This document shows, one piece after another, positions 10,780 to 20,773 of a stretch of 64,000 bases of DNA. The stretch's first letter is position 1; every line of letters starts with the position of its first letter. Position numbers and translations under genes: made by a program. Below the pieces are notes generated by a model. The model was not told where the DNA came from and made no database searches. It saw nothing but the letters and a program-made list of their open reading frames with translations. This stretch comes from Blepharisma stoltei ATCC 30299. Taxonomy: Eukaryota; Protista; Ciliophora. Location of the stretch: NCBI GenBank assembly GCA_965603825.1, contig CBFDEM010000030.1, positions 558,001 to 622,000 on the forward strand, given 5' to 3'.

Positions 10780-13419
10780 TTAATTATTCGTCCTTCTTGA
10801 TAAAGAAAGTGGAGGCAGAGTTTCAGACATTGGGGTAAACCGAGAAGTTTGAGTCAGCATAGGTGATGGCCCTGCTGATTTCCAATCAGTTGGCTTGGGC
10901 GACAATAAATTTATTTCAAAAATCCCAGAATCAGTGTTAATTTGATCCCAGACGCCATCTAAAATTTTTCTTTGAAGATCTACAAGTTCATTTCTATCAT
11001 ATTGGCAGCCTCTGAAAGGGACAAGTGATGGGGAATACGATATACAAGCCATTTTAAAAGCATTTGCTATCAAATTTGCATGCCCAGAGCAAGAAAGGCA
11101 TACTTTGTCTAGCTCAACTGGCATTCTTTTTGTAACTGAGCTGCTTCTATGGCTGGTTTTTACTGGGGAGTCTCTTATCCCCATAAGGCTCATAGATTCT
11201 TTATCAATTTCATCCTGCCCCACCAGCGCAATATTTATTTTTGCAAATTCCACCAATAAATCAATAACTTTTCTTAAATTTTCTATTGACTGATTTATTA
11301 TTTCATTTTTTTTCGTTAAAGCTTCAGCCTTCTGGAAAACTTTTTTAAACTCAGAAGCATTGTCAGAATGGTCTCTTTTACGCTGGGCAACTGCAGAATT
11401 GCATTCATTTACAGCTTGCTCTATAAGTAATTCTAAAGTGTTTCATTTTTTAGTGGATTCTTCTATGTATTTTTCTTGAGTTTTTTGTATGTCGTTAGTA
11501 TTATCATTGATATCTTCAATATGCTGGTCTACGATTTTCATGAATTTTTCTCGCTCATGGTTCTCATTTTTTGATATGCTTTCTATGCTGGTTTTTAGCT
11601 CTTCACATGTAGATTTAAGCTGCATTTGTGCAAGATATGCTTGCGACTGTTTATTTGACAGCTCATCTTCAGCTTGCTGCAAGTTTTCAAGCTGTTCGTA
11701 TATATCTCTATGGACTCCTAAAATTTCTTCTATTTTCCCATTAAATTCATTTGTGCTTGTCTGGTTTTCGTCTTTTTGTTTTTGGATTTCTTGTCGAATA
11801 TTCTGAAATTCCTCCAAATTACTCTGCAGATCTTCCCTAACATTGTTAACTTGGTCTTGCAAATTTCCTAACTGCCCTTGGAAATCTTCAAATTGGAACT
11901 TTAAATCATTGCATAGTGATATAAGAGAATTCAATGCAGAATCGTTATAAAATTCTCGTCTGTCTTCTTCATCTTCCATAGTATCCATTCCATACATTCT
12001 TGACCCTTGCGCTATATCATAGGAATCTCTAGAACAAGGGGAATCTATAAAAATTTCTTGAGGTCGGGAATCGGCTTCTTGCTGTATATCAACTTGTGTG
12101 AGGAATTTTGAAGACTGGACGTCCTGGCTAATTTCTTCGTTATTAATATCAGAAACGTCTTTTTGAGAGTCTTTTGCGATTTCTTGGATTGCTCCTGTTA
12201 TAGATTTGTTTATGGAGCCTCTAGAAAAATGGGAATCTCTTGAAATTTGTTCGTGGGCTACTTTAGTTTGAGATTCTCCTTGAACGCTTTCTTGTGTGTT
12301 TAAAGCTTTGGTATGGTCCTTTTCTACGCTGCTGTCTTTTGGGTCACCAATTTCTCCATCCTGTCTTTTTGAGCTGAATCGACTATGGACTGGTCTTCTA
12401 GATGAATAGCTTGATGATAAGTTAGACTTAGGGGTTTCTCGTCTGTTTCTAGGCTCAGGTGGTGGCGGTGGTGGGATTGGAGTATCCAGCACCTCTTTAG
12501 CTCTCCTTTTATTTTTCCCTACCCTAATCTGTAAATGTTTAGGAACCCCAAGCTCTTCCCATTCTAAATATTTTGCTGTTTCATATTCTGCGAAACTATG
12601 TTTGTTTTTTAAATCCGTAAAAGACTGATGCAAAATATCAGAAATTTGTAAAAAATTATTCATTTGGTATTCTTTTTCAATATATTCTTTCAATGACTTA
12701 TTATCATCATGGGCTTTAGCTGAAAACTGTGAGGCCATTTGTCGGACTTTTTCTATATGATCTTTCGACTCAGTTGTGGACGTTTTCAAAACTCTATTGA
12801 AATGCTTGAATTGAAACTTCAAATCTTCATACATTTTGTCTACCTTTTTTGCTACTGTGCTTGTTTCTCCTAAATCATTGCTAAAGTCCATCAAATTTTC
12901 GTTTAATTGTTTGACTTTTATGTGGATTTCTTTATTCAGACTTTCTGAGTCTGATATGTGATTTTTCAATATATCATCGACTCTGCTGATTTTTTCATTT
13001 AGATCGTGCTTATTTGTATTAATAGTGCTATAGAGCCTTTCTATGTCTTTTTCCATAGAAATTCTTTGATTATCTAAAACAGCCACAGTTTCTAAAGCAC
13101 TTGCGATTTTTTTCGAAAATCCTTCTAGCTCTAATCGTGTGAACTCTATATCAAATTGATATCGAGACTCCACAAGTCTTAAGCCAGCCTCAAATTCCAT
13201 CAAAGTCCTACTATATCCATCAATCATATCTGTTTTTGTAAGAAGTTTGGCTACTTGGACTTCATATAAATCCAAGCGATTTTTTAATTCATCACTTGTT
13301 TTTTCGATTGCTTTTTGAAGCCGCTTTTGTTTTTCTCCTCGCTGAATTGTAGGCTCAATTAAGTCTCTAACAAGTTTCCGGACACGAGTTTCTAACTGAA
13401 GTCATAAAGACTCGTCCAT
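10780..13419 (-). CDS. Large coiled-coil hypothetical protein (879 aa; TGA=Trp at 13402 and 11443)
   Basis: ATG 13419 (MDESLWLQLETRVRKLVRDLIEP) is in frame with ORFs 11443..13275 and 10780..11256; C-terminal CLSCSG..AFKMACISY.PS motif. Confidence 0.8.
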
Positions 13420-13532
13420 TTTGAATAATTAATTAATAGAATAATTATTACTCCAAGAAAAGCTTGTACTTTTTAATGTTTTAATAAATAAAAAAGTCTC
13501 TTTTTATTGAGATATTATTTGTTATAATTTAA

Positions 13533-15098
13533 CTATTGGCTATAATCACTTCTCGGGCTCCTTCTCCCACTGTCCATATTTAACACTGATGAAAATTTCA
13601 TTGCTAAAGCTTCTGTTGGCTTTGAAGGGATAATTTGTTTTAACACTGAGCTTGGCGTTTTTTCATATGCATTATTGCCTTGATATCTATTAAAGATTTG
13701 GCTCCTGAATTTACTTGTACTAGTTTTCGGTGTTGAAGACGCAACAGACTGGACATCTGACTGCTGTCCATATTTCCTAATTGCTGCTTCTGTAGTAACA
13801 TTGATATTTCCTTCAATTTTTATATCAGGTAAAATTACATTTAGCTCACTAACTTCATTACTTGTAAAAATATCATTCCTTAAATTCAAATGTCTCCCCC
13901 AACTAAGCATAAATTGAGCAGGAGAGAGCACTTCTTGTTGGTACTTCAAAAAACACTCAATTCAGGCTATTTGTTCTAGCTGCCGCTTAATTTCAAGCTC
14001 AGCACAAAGCAAGGCAGAAACTTTCCCTTGAGTGTGCTCTTGCAGCTGTAATAAAGCATCCTGTAAAATTTTATAAATTTTAGCCTCAATTTGTTCAGCA
14101 TTGCTTTTAACCTCTCCCATTCTTTTGTCAATGCTTTCTAAAAGCTGATTTAATATAAGCTTCCTTTGTTCTAGCACAGGGTCTGGCTGTGTAGACTCAT
14201 TTAAAGCTCTTAAATATGCGTCGCCAATTTTGGCAAATGTATGTGTAGAAGTCTCTGGAGTCGAATGATTCCCAACCATTTTGCAATTAACACAAACTGG
14301 CACATGGCATACTGTACAAAAGAACTCAACTTTGGTATCAGGATGATAAGGGCAGTTTCCAAACCTTTTTGGCTTTTCTGAAATATTTATCCTTTTGTGT
14401 TTCTGCATTAATCTGTTTCCACGGTTATGATGGTCGTCATCACAGTCTAAACATAAAGAAGCTTCGTCAGCTTCACAGTAAACAACAGCTTGAGCTTCTT
14501 GGCAAATATCACAAATCGGAGCATTTAGTCCTTCTTCCAAATTAGGGTCTAATTCGAAATGCACTACAAATAAGGCCAAAAGCTGAGAGGGGTCAAAAAT
14601 CCCATAATTGTGATTATACGAGCTCTCCTCACTTGAAGGGTTATAAAGGTAAATTGAGTCATATCCACGAGGGACTTGAAGAGAGTCACTTTCTACAGTC
14701 GCAGCATTGATTGAATAGCTTTTCCCAATACCTACTTTTACCAGCAGAAATTCATAAGTCTTATTATACGCTAAAGGTCCATTCGCAAGCTGCACATTCC
14801 CTATACGAAAATAAACCCCACCTGGAGGGCATTTAAATCCTTTACTACAGACGTCTTCTAGTCTATTGTTTTCATCTAAGCTTGAAGTGTCAATTCAAGA
14901 GTCTAAAACTAACACACCTTGTGTCCGCTTATCAAAGTTAATAGCTTGATGAGCGCTTGCAACTGACCAAATTTGTTTGACGACAGGAGCTGTAGAACCT
15001 ATAGAGAGTTGCAAAGAATACTCTAATTGAGCCCATTCATTGCTCGTAGGTGCAATTTTTGTTTGTCGAAGTAAAAAATCTCTTGATAAAGATGACAT
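13533..15098 (-). CDS. B-box zinc-finger/coiled-coil protein with N-terminal PARP-like fold (521 aa; TGA=Trp at 14895 and 13962)
   Basis: Three same-frame ORFs; two B-boxes (CDICQ..YCEADEASLCLDCD..H..H and CPYH..FFCTVCHVPVCVNC..H..H) then coiled coil; N-terminal motif order resembles an ADP-ribosyltransferase domain. Confidence 0.8.
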
Positions 15099-15178
15099 AG
15101 TTAAATTATGAATTTATATTTGAAATAGATGATAGTATTTATAATTAATTCCGGTATTGGAAGAAAGCTAGAAATGAT

Positions 15179-16111
15179 TTAATTATTCATAAACTCAATA
15201 AATCTTCTTACTTCTTCTGCCGAGCCTACACATAAAGCACTTTTATGCTCATAGCCGTCTACAACTATGTCTAAAACTGGGCCGTTTACACCATATGCTT
15301 CTCCTCCAGCGATTTCGATTAGTCTAGCAATTGGAGCACACTCATATAAGAGTCTTAATTTAGCAGGGGCTGACTCTGTAACTGGGCTTGAAAAAATCCC
15401 GCTTCCTTTAATAAAAATTTGGTATGTATCTGGTGCTAAACCACCTGTATATCTAAGGGTGAAGCCTTGGTCTTCCCAATGTCTAACAAGGTTTTTATAC
15501 CCATCATGCTTGCATTGAGCTCTCAAATTAGCTGGTGCAAATAGCTTGGTTTTATTGGCGATCTTCAAGTTTTCTCTTGTTTTTACCCATTCTCCTCTAG
15601 TCAATGTATACGTGCTTACTGTGCTATTTTCAATTGATTTAGCAGTCCAATCGCTTTTTTCTTCTAAAAGCACAGTGGTTCTTGACCCATAAATAACCAT
15701 TGCAGCAAACACTAAATCTCTTCCGCTAGCTCCAATTATATTCTCTACATCCCAAACCCCAAAAATCGTCCCCACACTAAAATTTGTATCAATGATAGAA
15801 CTGCCATCCAAAGGGTCAAAAGTGACGACAAAATGCTCCCCTCCCATTTCCTGTGGCACTGGATTTTCTTCACTTAGCGCAAACCTACATTTTCCTCTTA
15901 AAGAGGTGAAAAGTTCTTCATTGCTTAATAAATCAGCACGCAATTGATGCTCGCCGAATGCATTTTGTGAGCCAACACCCATACTGACGTCTCCACTGTC
16001 ACGTAAAATTTGAGAAATTGATACTGCGGCTGAAAGAAGGGCATCTTTTATAGAGATTAAGCTTTGCTGTTTGTCCATATTGTAGAACCTCTTTATAAGA
16101 AATTTTATCAT
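15179..16111 (-). CDS. Sedoheptulose-1,7-bisphosphatase-type member of the class I FBPase family
   Basis: FDPLDGSSIIDTNFSVGTIFGVW, NAFGEHQL..D, TLRYTGG and AKLRLLYE.AP; the GTIFGVW and LRYTGG variants are SBPase-type rather than FBPase-type. Confidence 0.85.
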   Translation of the reverse strand: MIKFLIKRFYNMDKQQSLISIKDALLSAAVSISQILRDSGDVSMGVGSQNAFGEHQLRADLLSNEELFTSLRGKCRFALSEENPVPQEMGGEHFVVTFDPLDGSSIIDTNFSVGTIFGVWDVENIIGASGRDLVFAAMVIYGSRTTVLLEEKSDWTAKSIENSTVSTYTLTRGEWVKTRENLKIANKTKLFAPANLRAQCKHDGYKNLVRHWEDQGFTLRYTGGLAPDTYQIFIKGSGIFSSPVTESAPAKLRLLYECAPIARLIEIAGGEAYGVNGPVLDIVVDGYEHKSALCVGSAEEVRRFIEFMNN

Positions 16112-16150
16112 AATAAATTATCTAGGTAATTATATAGAAATTATAATAAA

Positions 16151-19100
16151 TTAAAAGTCAAGATCAGCCACTTCTTGGAACTGATCAATGCTAGAATGTA
16201 CTGACGAAGGAGCTGCACCTGACGAAGTTCTCGCCTGCTTAAAATGTGAAGAGCTACCTGATATAAAGCTAGAGCTCTTTGGTCTATCTGAATCCGTAGA
16301 TCTATTCAAAATTGATGAAGCAGGTCTTGATAAAGCTGGGTTTAGTATAGTCTTAATCAGCCCTTGGCATCTCTTAAACTGCCTGCCAGAAGTCTTGTAA
16401 TTTAATAATACATCAGTAAAGAGCATGGCTGCCAAGTTTTCCTCAATCCAATCATTCCTAATAGAATCCGATAAAAACTCCTTAATTGACCTATAAATAT
16501 TGTCATATTGGTCATGAAGCTTCATTAATATCATTTCTTCTGTAAAGTTCCCTCTTGATCTTGCAAGCTCTGGAGCCAAAAACGGCTCAGGCACAAATCT
16601 TGCTAAGGCTAGGATAAACCCAATAAGCTCTTCTATAGACTTCACGTTGAGACGATTGTTTTGCCTCATATATGTATTGCATAATCCTTCTAAGACTGGC
16701 ATAGAAATTTCTTCTGTGAAGGCGGTGATTTTTCTGCCGAGTTTTATGAGCTTTTCTTTGGCGTATCTTATAAGTTCGTCTATCATAGAAATTCTTTGCA
16801 GGATAGGAACACTGTTTAAGGTAGGATTTTCTATTAGTTTTATTGGCTCAGAATTCCATACGCTGGATCTTTCAGATTGAGTAGGAGACATTGGCTCAGG
16901 TCTTGGGGAAACTCCTTGTGGGCTTGTAATGCTCATTAAATTTTTGCGGGAACCATGTGAGGAATTTAGGGAATTATCATTTTCTCTGATTGGTGACAGA
17001 CTGGGTTTTTCCTTTTTGAGCTCTTCAAATGAAGGCTGAGAAGTGTGGACACTTATAGAGCGCTGACGTTCTGCAGGTTTCTTCTCTGAAAAGTTTGATA
17101 AATAAGGGTTGTCAAGCTGCCCTGAGTCTTCTAAGCTAGCTTCTATGTCAATTTCAGGGATTTTTCCTAAGGTATTTTGAGAAATTGAGCTTGGAATTTG
17201 ATTTTTGGCACCTTCTTTTTGAGTTTTTGATTCTGGCTTCGGCGGGAGTTTTTCATTTGGCTTATTTTGATATGGAATTTGCTGTACATCAATTGGCTTA
17301 TTTTGTTGAACTTCTACAGGTCTTGCTTGCTGGGCAGGTCTATTTTGTTGGACTTCTACCGGCTTATTATAATTCTGTTGCACTTCTACTTGGTTATGTT
17401 GTGGTGTCTGATAAGGATTTTCCATATTTCTTGGTGATAGCCTTGAGGAGTCAGTTTTTAGCGTATAAATTTCAAACTCGCTCTCTTCTTCTGTATGGAT
17501 TGAACCTGCCTTGATTACTGGGACTTTTTGAGCTTGTTCTGGATTTTTATTTTTTAAAATTAATGCTGGGGGCTGAACATCAACGTCAATTACTTGCTGG
17601 GTTCCTGATGGAGGCTTGGCTTTTCCCTGATCTGAGACTGTAAGTGGTATTGGGGATGGCTTGGATTTTTGTTGGACTTCTTGCTGATATTTATCAGGCT
17701 CATACTGATTTTTGCTTTTGACGACTACAGGGATTTGGTCTTGGGATTCAATTGGCACTCCTCGAGGGGATGGATCTTTTATTGTTTGGTATTGTTGAGG
17801 CTTCTGAGCTGGCCTAGGCTCAGGCTCATTTTGTTTATACCCTTGTGAAGGACTATTATCTTGGCTTCCTCTTCTAGATCTATTTTGCCCTTTGCTATAT
17901 GGGTTTAGGTCGACATCTCCATCATCAACTTCGAATTTATTTGCAATTTGACTAAAAGCTTTAGTCTCAGGCTCATTTTTACTACTGGGCCCACTTCTAT
18001 TGACTTTTTCTTCATTTTTATTGCTTCCTATAGACCCTATCCTATTATGTTCACTGCCAATATCTAAATTAGGGTCATATTTATAGATATCTTGCTTTTT
18101 CACAGGAGACGCAGGTCTTTCATAAGGGTTTTCTTGTGGCTTTATAGGAGATGAAGGCCGCTCATCTGACGACAAAATAGGTATCCCTTCAATAGAATCT
18201 CCTTTAGGTAAAGAAGGGTGCAAAGGTGAGGAAATTTCTAGAGGAATATTTTCATATCCGTGCTGAGGTGGGGTCTGTATAGGAATTGATGGAGGTCTTC
18301 TGTCAGGAATTGGCCGCTCTTCAGGGACTTTGGTGTTTCTTTCAGCTTGCCCAAAAGTAAAAGTTCGTGCGCCGCCTTGGCCTTCTTCAGGTTTGGGCTG
18401 AGGGATGCTTAAAGTGTCTTGTGGAGGCTGCTGAGATGGCTGTGGCAGCTGCTGAGGAGGCTGTTGAGGTGCCTGCTGGGGTGGTTGAGCCTTTTTATTC
18501 ATGATAATCTGCTGGAATTCATATAACGCATTATTAGAATCCTGCCCAGAAGACGAAGTATACTCAGGAGTGACTGGCCTCATTTGGTTATCCCTTCTCA
18601 GTGAAAATTCTTGAGGCAAATGTGCATTAGGTGTTGTCAGTCTTTCTTTATTTTCATCAAAATTCATAGCTGGAGAAGTTGAAGGTCTCCAAAGCTCTTT
18701 TGCATCTTGAATCTCTACCGTTTCCATCGTAAAGCTTTTTTCCGCTACTTCTCTCGCGAATTTTATATTTTCAGCTGTTTGTCTTCTTCTATCTTCAATA
18801 TCCTTATAAATCGAGCTCTGCAGCTTACTCATAAAAATTTTCCTCTGCTCTTCCTGTATATATGCATCTTCTAAAATTTTTTCTCTCTGCAAGCTCATCG
18901 CATAGTCATTTTTCAGTTCTTTTACATACTCTTCTTGTGTTTGTAATATCAAATTATGAGCATCCAATTTTTTTTTAAAATCATCTTCAGATATGCTTTT
19001 TCTCTTTTTCAGGTCTTCAAATGATTTCATATACTTCTGTTTTTCAAACTCAATAGGATCTTTTACAGCTTCAGCCCATTGTGGATAATGCGCGGTGACC

Positions 19101-19402
19101 ATTTCGCCAAATTGCTGTTTTGCGGTATTTAGCCTTTCCCTTGATTTTTTCAAAGCACTGGCACTTGTCTGCTCACTAAATTGGTTTATTGAGTTTAAAA
19201 CCTCCATAATTACTTTTTGATTGCGGGAATATGCAGAGTCTTGCTGTTTTTGTAATATTTTTATTTCATTTTCTATAGTCCTGGTGCGGAGAACTGAGTT
19301 CTGCATGTCATGGGCTTCTCGAAGTTTCGCTTTTCTTTCAAGTTTGAGCCTTTCTTGTCTGAGGGAAGAAATTTTTGGGTCTAAAAGTCTCACTTTTTCC
19401 AT
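16151..19402 (-). CDS. Large protein with N-terminal coiled coil and P/Q/S-rich disordered centre (1083 aa), possibly kizuna-like
   Basis: Uninterrupted 3252-nt ORF; internal QQPP and VEVQQN repeats; family call weak. Confidence 0.85.
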   Translation of the reverse strand: MEKVRLLDPKISSLRQERLKLERKAKLREAHDMQNSVLRTRTIENEIKILQKQQDSAYSRNQKVIMEVLNSINQFSEQTSASALKKSRERLNTAKQQFGEMVTAHYPQWAEAVKDPIEFEKQKYMKSFEDLKKRKSISEDDFKKKLDAHNLILQTQEEYVKELKNDYAMSLQREKILEDAYIQEEQRKIFMSKLQSSIYKDIEDRRRQTAENIKFAREVAEKSFTMETVEIQDAKELWRPSTSPAMNFDENKERLTTPNAHLPQEFSLRRDNQMRPVTPEYTSSSGQDSNNALYEFQQIIMNKKAQPPQQAPQQPPQQLPQPSQQPPQDTLSIPQPKPEEGQGGARTFTFGQAERNTKVPEERPIPDRRPPSIPIQTPPQHGYENIPLEISSPLHPSLPKGDSIEGIPILSSDERPSSPIKPQENPYERPASPVKKQDIYKYDPNLDIGSEHNRIGSIGSNKNEEKVNRSGPSSKNEPETKAFSQIANKFEVDDGDVDLNPYSKGQNRSRRGSQDNSPSQGYKQNEPEPRPAQKPQQYQTIKDPSPRGVPIESQDQIPVVVKSKNQYEPDKYQQEVQQKSKPSPIPLTVSDQGKAKPPSGTQQVIDVDVQPPALILKNKNPEQAQKVPVIKAGSIHTEEESEFEIYTLKTDSSRLSPRNMENPYQTPQHNQVEVQQNYNKPVEVQQNRPAQQARPVEVQQNKPIDVQQIPYQNKPNEKLPPKPESKTQKEGAKNQIPSSISQNTLGKIPEIDIEASLEDSGQLDNPYLSNFSEKKPAERQRSISVHTSQPSFEELKKEKPSLSPIRENDNSLNSSHGSRKNLMSITSPQGVSPRPEPMSPTQSERSSVWNSEPIKLIENPTLNSVPILQRISMIDELIRYAKEKLIKLGRKITAFTEEISMPVLEGLCNTYMRQNNRLNVKSIEELIGFILALARFVPEPFLAPELARSRGNFTEEMILMKLHDQYDNIYRSIKEFLSDSIRNDWIEENLAAMLFTDVLLNYKTSGRQFKRCQGLIKTILNPALSRPASSILNRSTDSDRPKSSSFISGSSSHFKQARTSSGAAPSSVHSSIDQFQEVADLDF

Positions 19403-19422
19403 TTTTGAATATATGGATATAA

Positions 19423-20751
19423 ATGGAACTTCTAATCGATAATCAACCAGCTTCTATTGCAGCAGGGGTGGTAAATGAATATGCAAGGGCCAATGCTAAA
19501 AATATCGAGCTATCAAAAGTTGCTGCGAAACATTTGAAACTAAAATTACCTTTGCTTGTAAAAGATTCGACAATTGAGTTCCCATTGTCTATTTTGACAA
19601 CACTTTTAGAAGTCCAAAGAGTCGGACCTATTCTTTATGGTGCTAACTCTATTGAAAAAGCCCAAACAAGTGGCTGGGTAGAAGCAGCCAACACGATGCC
19701 GCCTAAGGAGTTTATTTCACTATTAGAAAACAAGCTTCTGACAAGGACTTTTCTGGTCTCCAATCACATCACGATTGCTGATATTGCTGCTTATGCAGTG
19801 ATTCAGCCTGTGATTTTGTCACTTTCTAATAGTGAAAGATTACAGTACGTCTGTGTCTTAAGATGGGCTTCACATTTACAGTCCTTGCCTGGGTTAAAAG
19901 AAAAGCTGCCTCATGTCCCAGTCCCTGAAAGGAGTTTTGAAGTTCCTCATGCACTTGTTAAAGGGCCAGCTGTAGAAGAGCTGAAAGCACCTCCAAGCCA
20001 TAAGCTTAACCCAGAGGATCTTGCACATAGAAAGAGCACTGATGAAAGAAGCTCTAAAAGAAGCAGCATTCATGAAGAGTTCAAGTCTCCTAAAGAAAAA
20101 AAGGCTAAAGAAGATAAGAAAAAGGCTCAAGAAGAAACAAAAGCTCCTCAGGAAAAGAAAAAAGAAGAAAATAAAGGTCCACAAGAGAAAAAGCCGAAAG
20201 GGGAAGCTAAACCTCAAGAGAAGAAAAAACCAGCTAAAGCTGAAGAAGCACCTGAAGAAGGCGGCGACGCATTCCAATACTTAGAACTCAGGGTTGGGAG
20301 AGTAGAAAAAGTATGGAGACACCCAGAAGCTGACAGACTGTTCTGTGAAACTGTTGATTTAGGGGCAGAAAAAAGAACAGTGGTATCAGGACTTGTCGGA
20401 CATATCACAGAAGAAGAATTCACTGGAAAACTAGTTGTTTTGCTTGCCAATTTAAAGAAAAGCAAACTTAAAGGTGTGGTCTCAGAAGCAATGGTCTTGG
20501 CTGCCAAAAATGAAGGAACAGTAGAGCTTGTTTCTCCTCCAAATGGCAGTAAGCCTGGAGACCTGATTTCCGTTGAAGGAATCCCATTCACCCCTTCGAG
20601 AATTCTTCCTGAAAAGAAAAAATATTGGGAAACCGCTACAAAGTCTTTAGGAATTTCTCCTGAAGGAGTCATCATTTACAGAGATCTACCATTGAGGACT
20701 GAAAATGGACCATTGGTAGCCCCTACCCTTAGAGCAGGAATAATATCCTAA
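19423..20751 (+). CDS. Aminoacyl-tRNA synthetase cofactor Arc1p/AIMP1-like (GST-like N-domain, Lys/Glu linker, EMAPII-like tRNA-binding OB fold)
   Basis: RTFLVSNHITIADI..RW..HLQ GST-C-like domain; ELRVG..HPEADRL..VDLG..RTVVSGL..NLK..KLKGV.SEAMVL tRNA-binding domain. Confidence 0.88.
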   Translation: MELLIDNQPASIAAGVVNEYARANAKNIELSKVAAKHLKLKLPLLVKDSTIEFPLSILTTLLEVQRVGPILYGANSIEKAQTSGWVEAANTMPPKEFISLLENKLLTRTFLVSNHITIADIAAYAVIQPVILSLSNSERLQYVCVLRWASHLQSLPGLKEKLPHVPVPERSFEVPHALVKGPAVEELKAPPSHKLNPEDLAHRKSTDERSSKRSSIHEEFKSPKEKKAKEDKKKAQEETKAPQEKKKEENKGPQEKKPKGEAKPQEKKKPAKAEEAPEEGGDAFQYLELRVGRVEKVWRHPEADRLFCETVDLGAEKRTVVSGLVGHITEEEFTGKLVVLLANLKKSKLKGVVSEAMVLAAKNEGTVELVSPPNGSKPGDLISVEGIPFTPSRILPEKKKYWETATKSLGISPEGVIIYRDLPLRTENGPLVAPTLRAGIIS

Positions 20752-20773
20752 TTAACTCTTAGGTAATTAATAA

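Noticed and set aside
11835-11842. Single CCCTAACA heterotrich telomere-like unit
   Set aside because: One copy inside a CDS, with no tandem array.
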